Assembly: GCA_937894115.1 (NCBI GenBank)
Contig: CALBFP010000296.1
Location: forward strand, 5,275 to 69,274
DNA from: an uncultured euryarchaeote
GTDB taxonomy: Archaea; Thermoplasmatota; Poseidoniia; Poseidoniales; Poseidoniaceae
DNA: 64,000 nucleotides
Reading direction: 5' to 3'
Part shown: piece after piece, positions 9,442 to 17,914 of the stretch
How positions within the stretch are numbered: position 1 is the stretch's first letter
Layout of the letters: each line of letters begins with the position of its first letter
The notes under the pieces: generated by a model
The model's input: only the letters and a program-made list of their open reading frames with translations
What the model was told of the DNA's origin: nothing
Databases searched by the model: none
Translations under genes and position numbers: made by a program

Positions 9442-10578
9442 ATGGAGTCCTTTGCAGGTGATTTTTCGACGCTGTGGTCGCTTCATCAGCGTCCACCGAT
9501 TGAACACTTGACATGGGATTGGTGGTGGTGGCTTGTCATGATCGATGACGATGAACACCACTTGTCGGGCAAGCAACTGATGGTTCTTTGGTCAACCAAA
9601 GAGAACGATGTCGTACACATCAACGATGTTGAGTGGAAACCCAAAGGAACACCAGGGTTTGATGAGGAGGGTGCGATTCAAATCGATGGGATGGTTTGTG
9701 CGTGGTGGTTCGACGGTTCGGTTATGCACGATGAAATTATTGCGAGGGTCTGCGACATGGTTGTTCTCCCGTCCACACACTCCTCGTGGCCAGGTTCTGC
9801 TGGAGAAGGTGGAGGAGCGGTCGTTCCAATGCTTGATGGCGATTGTTCGATGGGGATGCATGCCGACCGTACCTCCTTCTGGTTGAATCTTGACATTGAG
9901 CACAAAGCAGTGCAATCCATTCGGCTGAACATGACACCATGGAATCCAGTGGTTTCGACAGCACGAGAAGCAACGGCAACGTATCTGGGCTCTTTAGGAT
10001 ACGACATTTTGCGACTGCACGGTACACAAGTCAACGGAACCGTGGACGGCGAAGAGGTCCATGGTACAGCGTATTTCCAAAAGGTCTGCGTCCAAGCACC
10101 GAGCGTTCCATGGTACTGGGGCGTGCTTCACTTCTCCGATGGTTCGTACCTTGACTGGTTCCTACCGCACCTATCAACAACGATTCTTAGTCGAGATTCA
10201 AAGGAATGGAAACGTCGGGATGTGACGCACATTGCCGTGAGTCAAGGCGGCTTGTTTCATGACGCAAAAAAAGGACGCAGTGAACGGTTTCATCGGGTAA
10301 CGGTCGAGAAACAGCGACAGGATAACGATCTTCCGCGATTTGTTGTTCAACTCGAAAACGACAGGACGACGATTCGTGCGACTGTATGCGCCGTAGCGCG
10401 TGCTTTTTGGGATTTCCACCAACCTACTCGGGGCGGGATTTGGTCGCATCTGACGTACAATGAATACCCTTTGATTGTCGAATCCCTTACGATTCAGGAT
10501 GAAGACGGAGTACGAGACGAATCGATGTTTGATTGGATAAGAGGGAATGCGGAGCACAGTTGGGGTTTGTTGCATTGA
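9442..10578 (+). CDS. hypothetical protein; possible AttH/CrtC/tocopherol-cyclase-like beta-barrel
   Basis: 378-aa ORF starting 9 nt after the ABC-2 operon. W-rich stretches (WDWWWWLVMIDD and AYFQKVCVQAPSVPWYWGVLHFSDGSYLDWF) loosely resemble the G-x-aromatic...W-x-W...F-x-DG pattern of that superfamily. The assignment is weak and made by eye only. Confidence 0.4.
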   Translation: MESFAGDFSTLWSLHQRPPIEHLTWDWWWWLVMIDDDEHHLSGKQLMVLWSTKENDVVHINDVEWKPKGTPGFDEEGAIQIDGMVCAWWFDGSVMHDEIIARVCDMVVLPSTHSSWPGSAGEGGGAVVPMLDGDCSMGMHADRTSFWLNLDIEHKAVQSIRLNMTPWNPVVSTAREATATYLGSLGYDILRLHGTQVNGTVDGEEVHGTAYFQKVCVQAPSVPWYWGVLHFSDGSYLDWFLPHLSTTILSRDSKEWKRRDVTHIAVSQGGLFHDAKKGRSERFHRVTVEKQRQDNDLPRFVVQLENDRTTIRATVCAVARAFWDFHQPTRGGIWSHLTYNEYPLIVESLTIQDEDGVRDESMFDWIRGNAEHSWGLLH

Positions 10579-10656
10579 GTAAATGCGAACGCTTCGTATC
10601 CCGTCACAGCAAAGGACTTATGTGCTTGTGCGAAGAGAACCTATTGGTGCAAGAGC

Positions 10657-11697
10657 ATGAGTGGCGACGAAGTTGAGGCCCAAGAAACAGAAACAACCGA
10701 AGTCGAGGGTCCCAAAACCGCGGACGATTCGTCCGGTCAAGAAGCCATGAAAAATCGGTTCAAACTCATCGAAGGTGAAGAGGTTCTCCTTACAAAATCA
10801 CCGAGTCCACTTGGATTCATGGGAATGTACATGCTAGGCTTGATCGTCTTTGTCGTGCACATGATTTTTTGGAAACCCGATTCTTTGCTCAACGAAGACT
10901 CGGGAGGCTTTGCAAAATTTGTCGTATGGGTTATGGAACTCGGGGGCTCAAAGTTTCCGTTCGGTTTTGTAGTGGTCATGGCAACAGTAACTTGGTTTAA
11001 TCGGATGATGAACACTTCGACATCAGGACGTTGGGTGACTATGTGGTTGCTTCTTGCAACACTTGCTCCAGTGTTGATTCAAATTGATGGATTGATCGCT
11101 TTGGTGCGGGATGTGTTTTCTGACGCTGATGTTGAACCGTTCCTTGGCTTTGAATACAATTTCCTGATTTCAGGAGTTGCTCTGACCTTAACCTACTGGG
11201 CTTTGGTGTTCTATTACCAGCGGAGTTTCGATTATGCCATTACAAGCAATGCGGTCATTTTCAAGCATTCTTTCTTGCTCAGCAGGGCCCATCGCCGCAT
11301 TCTCTTCGATCGAATATCAGAAGTGCAAGTCGAGCGCACTCCATTCGGAACAATGACAGGATTTGCGACGCTCACCATTCTCACAGACTCTGGTGTCGGT
11401 ATTGTCGAAGAGTCGGTTGGCGGAAGTGTAGGCGTTTCTCCAAACCTTCCGGAAAAGCAAGACGACACATCCGTTGAAAAAGCCGGAAAAAGCCTCCTCA
11501 AATCGTTTTTCGCTTTGATGTTCTATCAACGAACCATTCGAACCGTACGACCTGACCCGAAGCATTGTTTCTACAAGATACGCGGTTGGGAAGACACCAA
11601 GACGTTGCTCAATGAAATGCACAAGAAGCACAGTCAATCAACAAAATTAGATAATCTTGCTGACATTTTGACACAGCAAAGTGAAGGACAAGAATGA
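10657..11697 (+). CDS. membrane protein with bacterial PH (bPH_2, YdbS/YdbT-like) domain
   Basis: An acidic N-terminus and hydrophobic helices are followed by YAITSNAVIFKHSFLLSRAHRRILFDRISEVQVERTPFGTMTGFATLTILTDSG. That stretch is typical of the bPH_2 family. Confidence 0.55.
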   Translation: MSGDEVEAQETETTEVEGPKTADDSSGQEAMKNRFKLIEGEEVLLTKSPSPLGFMGMYMLGLIVFVVHMIFWKPDSLLNEDSGGFAKFVVWVMELGGSKFPFGFVVVMATVTWFNRMMNTSTSGRWVTMWLLLATLAPVLIQIDGLIALVRDVFSDADVEPFLGFEYNFLISGVALTLTYWALVFYYQRSFDYAITSNAVIFKHSFLLSRAHRRILFDRISEVQVERTPFGTMTGFATLTILTDSGVGIVEESVGGSVGVSPNLPEKQDDTSVEKAGKSLLKSFFALMFYQRTIRTVRPDPKHCFYKIRGWEDTKTLLNEMHKKHSQSTKLDNLADILTQQSEGQE

Positions 11698-12266
11698 ACC
11701 GTTGTGTTCAAGAACCCCTGAATTTTCCCACGGACGAGGAGAGAAAAATGAGCGACGATATAATGGCAGATGCAATGGAATTGTTTCGTGGAGGCGACCT
11801 CAAGGGAGCTGTGGAAAATCTCGATGGTAAACTTCGTTCCAATCGCGACAATGCAATCCTACAACACACCTATGCAGAGTTTGCAAACATGCTGAACATG
11901 GAAGAGCAGGACGATGTCGTTCCAGGAACCAAGATCATGATGTCGTACAAAAAAGCCATGGAACTTGATGAAGAGAACGATGAATACATTGCAGACTTTG
12001 CTTCATTTGCTTTGGAATGCCGTCGAGTTCCGCAAGCAGTTAAGGAATTCCAACGGTACAGTCGCCGACTTGAGATGGCGGACATTCCAACCGATGATGT
12101 GCTTTACATGGCTGCACGAAACATTGTCGATACCATCGAAGTCATCGATCCAGAAAAGTCCAATCCCATGGTTAAGCCGTGGGTCAAACAAGCCCTCATC
12201 TGGGCTGTAGGTGGCTTGGGCTACACGCCTGAAGAGGCAGCTGCAATACTCACTTCGGAAGATTGA
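11694..12266 (+). CDS. hypothetical acidic cytoplasmic protein
   Basis: 190-aa ORF overlapping the upstream stop. I recognised no motif. The start may be the internal MSDDIM (11748). Confidence 0.45.
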   Translation: MNRCVQEPLNFPTDEERKMSDDIMADAMELFRGGDLKGAVENLDGKLRSNRDNAILQHTYAEFANMLNMEEQDDVVPGTKIMMSYKKAMELDEENDEYIADFASFALECRRVPQAVKEFQRYSRRLEMADIPTDDVLYMAARNIVDTIEVIDPEKSNPMVKPWVKQALIWAVGGLGYTPEEAAAILTSED

Positions 12267-12275
12267 GGCTCACGC

Positions 12276-13193
12276 ATGTCTGATGCAGAAACGCGTCTGC
12301 ATTTTCGCATCGGTTACCTCGGCGACGCCTTCCATGGAAGCCAAGTGCAACCGGACGTTCGAACCGTTCAAGGTGAATTGATCCGCGTTTTCGAGAAACT
12401 TGGATGGATTTCAAAGGACGATGAGAGTCACAATCTCGTTCTGTCAAGTCGTACCGATGCAGGCGTCCACGTCCGCTTGAATGGAGGTTCGGTCCGAGTT
12501 GCTTCCTCCCTGTGGGACAGCATAACGCCTCGAAAATTCGTCCGTGCTGTAGACGATTTACTCCCCGATGAAATCGCTTTTCTGGATGTGCGAGCCGTTG
12601 ATATGGATTGGAATCCACGCCTCGCAGTACATCGCGTGTACCGTTACAGAATGGAATGTATGGACTTCTGGAGAGATCCCGGCGAAGAATTCGTCCAATG
12701 GTTGCAGTTGTTCGTAGGAACCTACGATGCACGAAACTTTGCACGTTTGGAACCCGATAAAAACCCGATTCGAACCATCGAGTCGTGCAGGCCGTGGATC
12801 GTCGATGGCCGTACGGTTGGGTTCGAAATCGTTGGGAAAGCGTTTCTTTGGAATCAAGTGCGCCGTATTGCAATGGCACTTCAACTCTTAACTCTGGGAG
12901 AAATTATTCCCGCAGATGTACGCAATGCAATTCAAAACCCTGATGTGGAGGTTGATTTTGGTGTCGCTCCTCCAGATTGGCTGATTCTTTGGGGGGTTGA
13001 GTGGGAAGATGCACACATTCCTGAAACAGACGAATCAAATTGTCGATTTTCACCACCTCCTGTCCCAAGTCGAGAAGCAGAGCGGACCATGCGCAAACGC
13101 TGGAGGCAGAGTGCGCGGATGGAACTGAAAACCCTACTGTACACGGAATGGATGCAACTTGGCCAGTTGCCGGTCGCATACCACCACAAATGA
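12276..13193 (+). CDS. truA: tRNA pseudouridine synthase A (TruA/Pus1 family)
   Basis: The N-terminus is FRIGYLGDAFHGSQVQP. The catalytic-Asp motif is SSRTDAGVHV. FLWNQVRRI is near the C-terminal half. Confidence 0.88.
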   Translation: MSDAETRLHFRIGYLGDAFHGSQVQPDVRTVQGELIRVFEKLGWISKDDESHNLVLSSRTDAGVHVRLNGGSVRVASSLWDSITPRKFVRAVDDLLPDEIAFLDVRAVDMDWNPRLAVHRVYRYRMECMDFWRDPGEEFVQWLQLFVGTYDARNFARLEPDKNPIRTIESCRPWIVDGRTVGFEIVGKAFLWNQVRRIAMALQLLTLGEIIPADVRNAIQNPDVEVDFGVAPPDWLILWGVEWEDAHIPETDESNCRFSPPPVPSREAERTMRKRWRQSARMELKTLLYTEWMQLGQLPVAYHHK

Positions 13194-13246
13194 GGCGTTG
13201 TGGAGCGTTCCGAGGTGTTTAAGTTCGTACAACAGAAGGCCGCTGC

Positions 13247-15868
13247 ATGCTCGGGATTGCGAATGTGCCTTCCTTACGGAAGCGGGCCCTCGCAATTGCT
13301 ATTTTTTCACTACTTTTCTTATCAGGGTGTCTTGGTAATGGTCAACAAACCACCAAACAGGACTCTGAAGATGCAGCGATTACCCTTGATGTCTGGTACA
13401 CGTTTGCTCCAGAAAGTAAGGAAGAAGTTGTGTTCATGAATTCAGTACGATCCTTTGAAGCAGCACATCCAAATGTGATTGTGGACGCTACGATGAAACC
13501 CTACACTGAGGCAAATCAGGTGTTTATGACAGCAGCACAAGGAGGACAAGCACCCGATTTAATGCGGTTTTCGAACGATCAACTTGGTGCAATTGGTGAG
13601 GTTCGTGTTAACGGCTATCCTCTCTTGGAGGATTTGCGACCGCACCTTACACCGCAGGATCGGTCCTCGTTTGAAGAACGTGCGTTGCAAGCCATGCGAT
13701 ATGGAGATGCTTTGTACGGACTCCCGGCAAGCCAGGATTGCTTGACGTTGATTTACAACAAAGCCTTGTTCGATTCAAGCGGTGTTTCCTATCCGGATGA
13801 AACGTGGACTGAAGATGATCTTCTTGAAGCGGCAAAAGCATTGACCAATCAAGGTGTCCAAGGTCTCGCAATCCCCATCAAAACCGAATACTGGTGGTAC
13901 CCCATTCAGGGAGGGTTTGGCGGTTCGCTGTTCGATGAAAACGGAACTCCATCACTCGATTCCAACGGATCAAGTGAGGCAATGCGCTGGATGCTGGACC
14001 TTGAATTGGAACACGGAGTTGTTGCAACAGGGACGCAGGCAGAAAACATGAAAAATCAATTCGTATCATCCGAAGCGGCAATGATCTTTGATGGGCCATG
14101 GAATTGGGCCACCTATGAAGCGAGCCGATTGAACCTTGGTCAAACACTCTTGCCGTTGGTTGAAAGTACCGGAGAGCGGATGTCACCGCTTGTCACCTAC
14201 AAAGGATGGTCGGTCAGCAAACAGAGCGCCAACAAAATCGCAGCAGCCGAACTTGCGTTGTGGCTCTCTTCTCAGGAAGTTCAGAAAGAATTCGCACTTG
14301 AAACCTACACAATGCCTACGCATGTAGCACTGGAATCGGATCCTGACATAACAGGAGACGATGTGCTTTCTGGCTTCCTCAATCAAACGAAGGTTGGGAT
14401 ACCAGCACCAACAACCCAAGCGATGTCTTTGATTTACGGTCCTCTTGGCACGGCTTTTGATCAAGCCTACCTTGGAATTGCGACCACCAGTGAAGCTCTT
14501 ACTGGAGCAAATCAACAACTGCAAGAACAAATCGAAGCAATATCGAGAGCAGAGCCGTTCCCACTCGCTGAAGGATACCGTACCATTCGCATTGAATTTG
14601 CACCATTGAATCTCACAGAACACGAGATCTTTGTCGATGGTGATTTGCACACAAAATTCGAGGTTGGTACGGATGATATGGGCGCTGTTTTGGGTTACGA
14701 TTCCTGTACAATCAACGGGACAGAGCTCCGGCAAAATGGTCAGGTTCGTATTCTTTCAACAGCATCGCAAATGATTCAATGCAATCTTACAGGCATGATT
14801 CCTGATCAAGATCACTTGATTGAGGTCTTTGGTGGTGAAACACTTCTCTATTCCAGTACCCAAAACACCAGCATTGGAGATGTGCGTCCTGAAGTAGGTG
14901 ACACATCCCCGATTCTCTTTGCACTCGGTGCAATCGTATTTTCATTGGTCGCTCTACTCAGTTTTGCAAGATGGAACGATGCTAAACTCGGACGAACCAA
15001 ATCGAAACTCGCGCATTTTTATGTTGCTCCCGCATTACTAGCGTTAGCCGTATTAACATTCTATCCGGTCTTGTATGGCTTTTGGCTTGCGTTTACAGAC
15101 GCCAATCAGACACAATTGGGCGACCAATCCTTCATCGGTTTGGACAACTTCTGGGATGTCTTTTCTTCGGATGGATTCCTTCGTGTTACGTTGTTCACCC
15201 TCATATGGACGTTTGCGAACGTTTCTGCACACATTGCAATTGGTTTGTTCCTTGCAGTTCTCCTGTATCGAAGTAAGATTCGGGGAAAGGTAGCGTATCG
15301 AACCGCACTGTTGTTGCCTTGGGCAGTACCGTCGTACATCTCGGTCCTTGTTTGGCGAGGAATGTTCCAGCCGGATGGTTTCATCAACGATCTTCTCGGT
15401 ACAAACATTGATTTTCTCTCGGACCCGACCGGGGCACAAATTATCGTTATTCTTGTCAACATTTGGCTCGGCGTTCCCTTCATGATGATGTCCATAAGTG
15501 GAGCCCTGCAGTCGTTGCCCCATGACATGTACGAGGCTGCTGAAGTCGATGGCGTCTCGGGGTGGAATGCGTTCCGTTATTTGACTCTACCAAATCTGCG
15601 TAGCGCTCTAGTACCCCTTTCTCTTCTTGGCTTTATTTGGACGTTCAACATGTTCAACGTCATTTATTTGATGACCGATGGAGGTCCAAATCTGTACTTT
15701 GGCGAACCTGGGCAAACGGACATTCTGATCACCTTCGTGTATGATGTTGCCTTCCGAGATGGTGCTTACGGTGTTGCAGCGGCTTGGTCGGTTATCATCT
15801 TCATGATGCTGTTCGCCTTCTCTTGGTATTACATGAAACAAACCAACGCAACGGAGGCGGTCTCGTGA
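13247..15868 (+). CDS. fusion protein: sugar (CUT1, MalE-like) substrate-binding lipoprotein + middle domain + MalF-like ABC permease
   Basis: The lipobox is LFLSGC. A CUT1 binding-protein-like region spans aa 30-433 (DVWYTF..., LIYNKALFD, FDGPWNW). An unassigned domain of about 115 aa follows, then a TM helix. The MalF/UgpA-type permease has the EAA loop EAAEVDGVSGWNAFRYLTLPNL. Confidence 0.82.
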   Translation: MLGIANVPSLRKRALAIAIFSLLFLSGCLGNGQQTTKQDSEDAAITLDVWYTFAPESKEEVVFMNSVRSFEAAHPNVIVDATMKPYTEANQVFMTAAQGGQAPDLMRFSNDQLGAIGEVRVNGYPLLEDLRPHLTPQDRSSFEERALQAMRYGDALYGLPASQDCLTLIYNKALFDSSGVSYPDETWTEDDLLEAAKALTNQGVQGLAIPIKTEYWWYPIQGGFGGSLFDENGTPSLDSNGSSEAMRWMLDLELEHGVVATGTQAENMKNQFVSSEAAMIFDGPWNWATYEASRLNLGQTLLPLVESTGERMSPLVTYKGWSVSKQSANKIAAAELALWLSSQEVQKEFALETYTMPTHVALESDPDITGDDVLSGFLNQTKVGIPAPTTQAMSLIYGPLGTAFDQAYLGIATTSEALTGANQQLQEQIEAISRAEPFPLAEGYRTIRIEFAPLNLTEHEIFVDGDLHTKFEVGTDDMGAVLGYDSCTINGTELRQNGQVRILSTASQMIQCNLTGMIPDQDHLIEVFGGETLLYSSTQNTSIGDVRPEVGDTSPILFALGAIVFSLVALLSFARWNDAKLGRTKSKLAHFYVAPALLALAVLTFYPVLYGFWLAFTDANQTQLGDQSFIGLDNFWDVFSSDGFLRVTLFTLIWTFANVSAHIAIGLFLAVLLYRSKIRGKVAYRTALLLPWAVPSYISVLVWRGMFQPDGFINDLLGTNIDFLSDPTGAQIIVILVNIWLGVPFMMMSISGALQSLPHDMYEAAEVDGVSGWNAFRYLTLPNLRSALVPLSLLGFIWTFNMFNVIYLMTDGGPNLYFGEPGQTDILITFVYDVAFRDGAYGVAAAWSVIIFMMLFAFSWYYMKQTNATEAVS

Positions 15869-17112
15869 CAAATGCTGTTGATGTGCGGTTGTGGTATGTG
15901 CCTGTCGAAATCATCACGCTTCGACGTTGGCTTGTCGCAGCATTTGTTGTGAACATTATGCTGCTTACCGTTGATGTTCTTCGAGCCGATTCTAAGCTGC
16001 TGATTCTGGGTGTGTTGAGTTGTCTTCTTTTTGCTGCACTTCGAGCATCGTTGCCGGAAATCAACGATACGTTTCGTCGTAACGTATGCCTGGTGTTAAG
16101 CTCGTCATTGCTCGGCCTCTCTGCATACCGTCTTCTTCTTGCAGAACCAACCGTGTTCAACTTCTGGATTCACTGCTGGTCGTTGGTGCCATCGGTTTTG
16201 GCTCTCTATTGGTTGTCTGGACGTCCTGTTACCGTTTGGACGGCGCGTAAACTCTCGGACTCCGCTTTTGAGTACGGTCTTCTTAGAAATGCCAAATTGG
16301 GCGGGCGACTCGAAGCAATAGGTGCGCACATCACCCTCGTCCACTTTGTCGCAATTTCGGTCATTCCATTGATTTGGGTTATTGATATTGCTTTTTCAGA
16401 GGGCAACAGCTTAGGCGGTCAGATCGGAGATTCGTTCACCACCGAGCACTTCGAAAAGATACTGAACGGTGAATCGTTTGGATTGTGGTTCAGAAATTCG
16501 TTAATCGTCAGTATCGGCACGGCTCTGGTTGCTCTTTTCATCGCTATACCCGCTGGTTATGCTTTCAGTCGTTACAAATTTACGGGCCGAGATGCGTCCA
16601 TGTTTTCCTTCCTTTTGGTGCAAATGTTTCCAGGAATCATCATCCTTGTTCCTTACTTTTTGGTGATGAAAACCCTTGGTCTGTTGAATTCTCATCTTGG
16701 TCTCATCCTCGCATACTGTGTGACAGCGCTACCCCTTTGTGTCTGGATGTTGAAAGGATTCTTTGACACCATTCCACGTGAACTTGAAGAGGCAGCAGTG
16801 TTGGATGGATGCAATCAAGTTCAAGTGTTTACAAAAGTTGTTTTGCCGTTGTCGACGCCCGCAATTGCAGTGACTGCCTTATTTAGTTTCCTTGCTGCAT
16901 GGAATGAATTTCTTCTTGCGTTAACGTTCAACACTTCAAACGACATGTACACGCTCCCAGTAGGGTTGGCTTCTTTGATTTCCTCGACCAGTCAGTCCTG
17001 GGGCGATTTTGCTGCTGCAAGTCTTTTGGTAAGCCTTCCAGTTGCCTTGCTGTTCTTATTCTTCCAGAAATTTTTGATTGATGGATTGTCTGCTGGTGGA
17101 GTGAAAGGGTGA
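15865..17112 (+). CDS. MalG-like sugar ABC permease with an extra N-terminal membrane region of about 130-160 aa
   Basis: The EAA loop is ELEEAAVLDGCNQVQVFTKVVLPL. GTG at 15865 overlaps the upstream TGA (GTGA). The ORF-track ATG at 15784 would overlap 85 nt of the upstream gene. Confidence 0.8.
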   Translation: MTNAVDVRLWYVPVEIITLRRWLVAAFVVNIMLLTVDVLRADSKLLILGVLSCLLFAALRASLPEINDTFRRNVCLVLSSSLLGLSAYRLLLAEPTVFNFWIHCWSLVPSVLALYWLSGRPVTVWTARKLSDSAFEYGLLRNAKLGGRLEAIGAHITLVHFVAISVIPLIWVIDIAFSEGNSLGGQIGDSFTTEHFEKILNGESFGLWFRNSLIVSIGTALVALFIAIPAGYAFSRYKFTGRDASMFSFLLVQMFPGIIILVPYFLVMKTLGLLNSHLGLILAYCVTALPLCVWMLKGFFDTIPRELEEAAVLDGCNQVQVFTKVVLPLSTPAIAVTALFSFLAAWNEFLLALTFNTSNDMYTLPVGLASLISSTSQSWGDFAAASLLVSLPVALLFLFFQKFLIDGLSAGGVKG

Positions 17113-17116
17113 GCAT

Positions 17117-17914
17117 ATGGTACGCGTAGAATTTGAAGGGGTATACAAGCAATTTGATGACGGATTTACTGCTGTTGAGAATCTTTCGTTGGAAATCGAA
17201 GATAAGGAATTTCTCGTTTTGTTGGGGCCCTCAGGTTGCGGTAAGTCAACAACGCTTCGAATGCTCGCAGGATTGGAGGATGCAACGGATGGTAAGATCA
17301 CAATTGATGGGATGACCGTAAACCATCTTCCTGCAGGTGCACGTGGACTTGGAATGGTCTTCCAATCCTATGCTTTGTATCCTCACATGTCGATTCGTGA
17401 CAATCTTTCGTTTGGACTTCGGATGATGAAAGGTCCAGAAAAGTTGTCCAACGATGAGATCCAATCCAGAGTGAACGAGATTGCAGAACTTCTGGAATTG
17501 AGCGAGCATCTCTCCAAAAAACCGAAGGAACTCAGCGGTGGGCAACGGCAGCGTGTCGCACTAGGGCGAGCTCTTGTTCGTCGACCAAAAGTACTCTTGA
17601 TGGACGAACCGTTATCAAATTTGGATGCGGAACTTCGTCACCAGATGCGCCATGAAATTCGACGCTTGCACGACGAACTTGGAACCACGACGATCTATGT
17701 TACGCACGATCAAATTGAAGCGATGACCCTTGCAGACCGAATTGCGATTCTTGACAACGGCACCTTGCAACAGCATTGTGCTCCACTGGAAGCGTATCAG
17801 AATCCAGCCAATGATTTTGTTCGCTCCTTTCTTTGCAAACACATCGACGATTTGGTTGACACTGCGAACTCGTTGTTCAAGAAACCCTTGGAATCCTCGG
17901 AGGTTGAAGAATGA
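17117..17914 (+). CDS. sugar ABC transporter ATPase (MalK/MsiK-like) lacking the C-terminal regulatory domain
   Basis: Walker A is GPSGCGKST and the signature is LSGGQRQRVALGRAL. Walker B is VLLMDEPLSNLD and the H-loop is YVTHDQ. The protein is only 265 aa, and its stop overlaps the next start (ATGA). Confidence 0.85.
   Translation: MVRVEFEGVYKQFDDGFTAVENLSLEIEDKEFLVLLGPSGCGKSTTLRMLAGLEDATDGKITIDGMTVNHLPAGARGLGMVFQSYALYPHMSIRDNLSFGLRMMKGPEKLSNDEIQSRVNEIAELLELSEHLSKKPKELSGGQRQRVALGRALVRRPKVLLMDEPLSNLDAELRHQMRHEIRRLHDELGTTTIYVTHDQIEAMTLADRIAILDNGTLQQHCAPLEAYQNPANDFVRSFLCKHIDDLVDTANSLFKKPLESSEVEE

Noticed and set aside
14183-14734. Long antisense ORFs inside well-supported genes. Examples: 14183-14734, 24808-25470, 18700-19242, 58498-59184, 53254-54063, 5930-6712, 12250-12879, 38708-39361 and 5641-6144.
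   Set aside because: Each lies entirely within, and opposite or out of frame to, a CDS with strong family motifs. Their translations are Arg/Ser/Cys/Pro-rich with no recognisable motifs. They are typical shadow ORFs.
17117-17914. The short MalK-like ATPase as a frameshifted pseudogene.
   Set aside because: All NBD motifs are intact, and the stop overlaps the downstream start in an ATGA coupling. The downstream sequence is fully occupied by the GH13 signal peptide and CBM. It more likely is a genuinely short ATPase, and I kept it as a finding rather than calling it a pseudogene.
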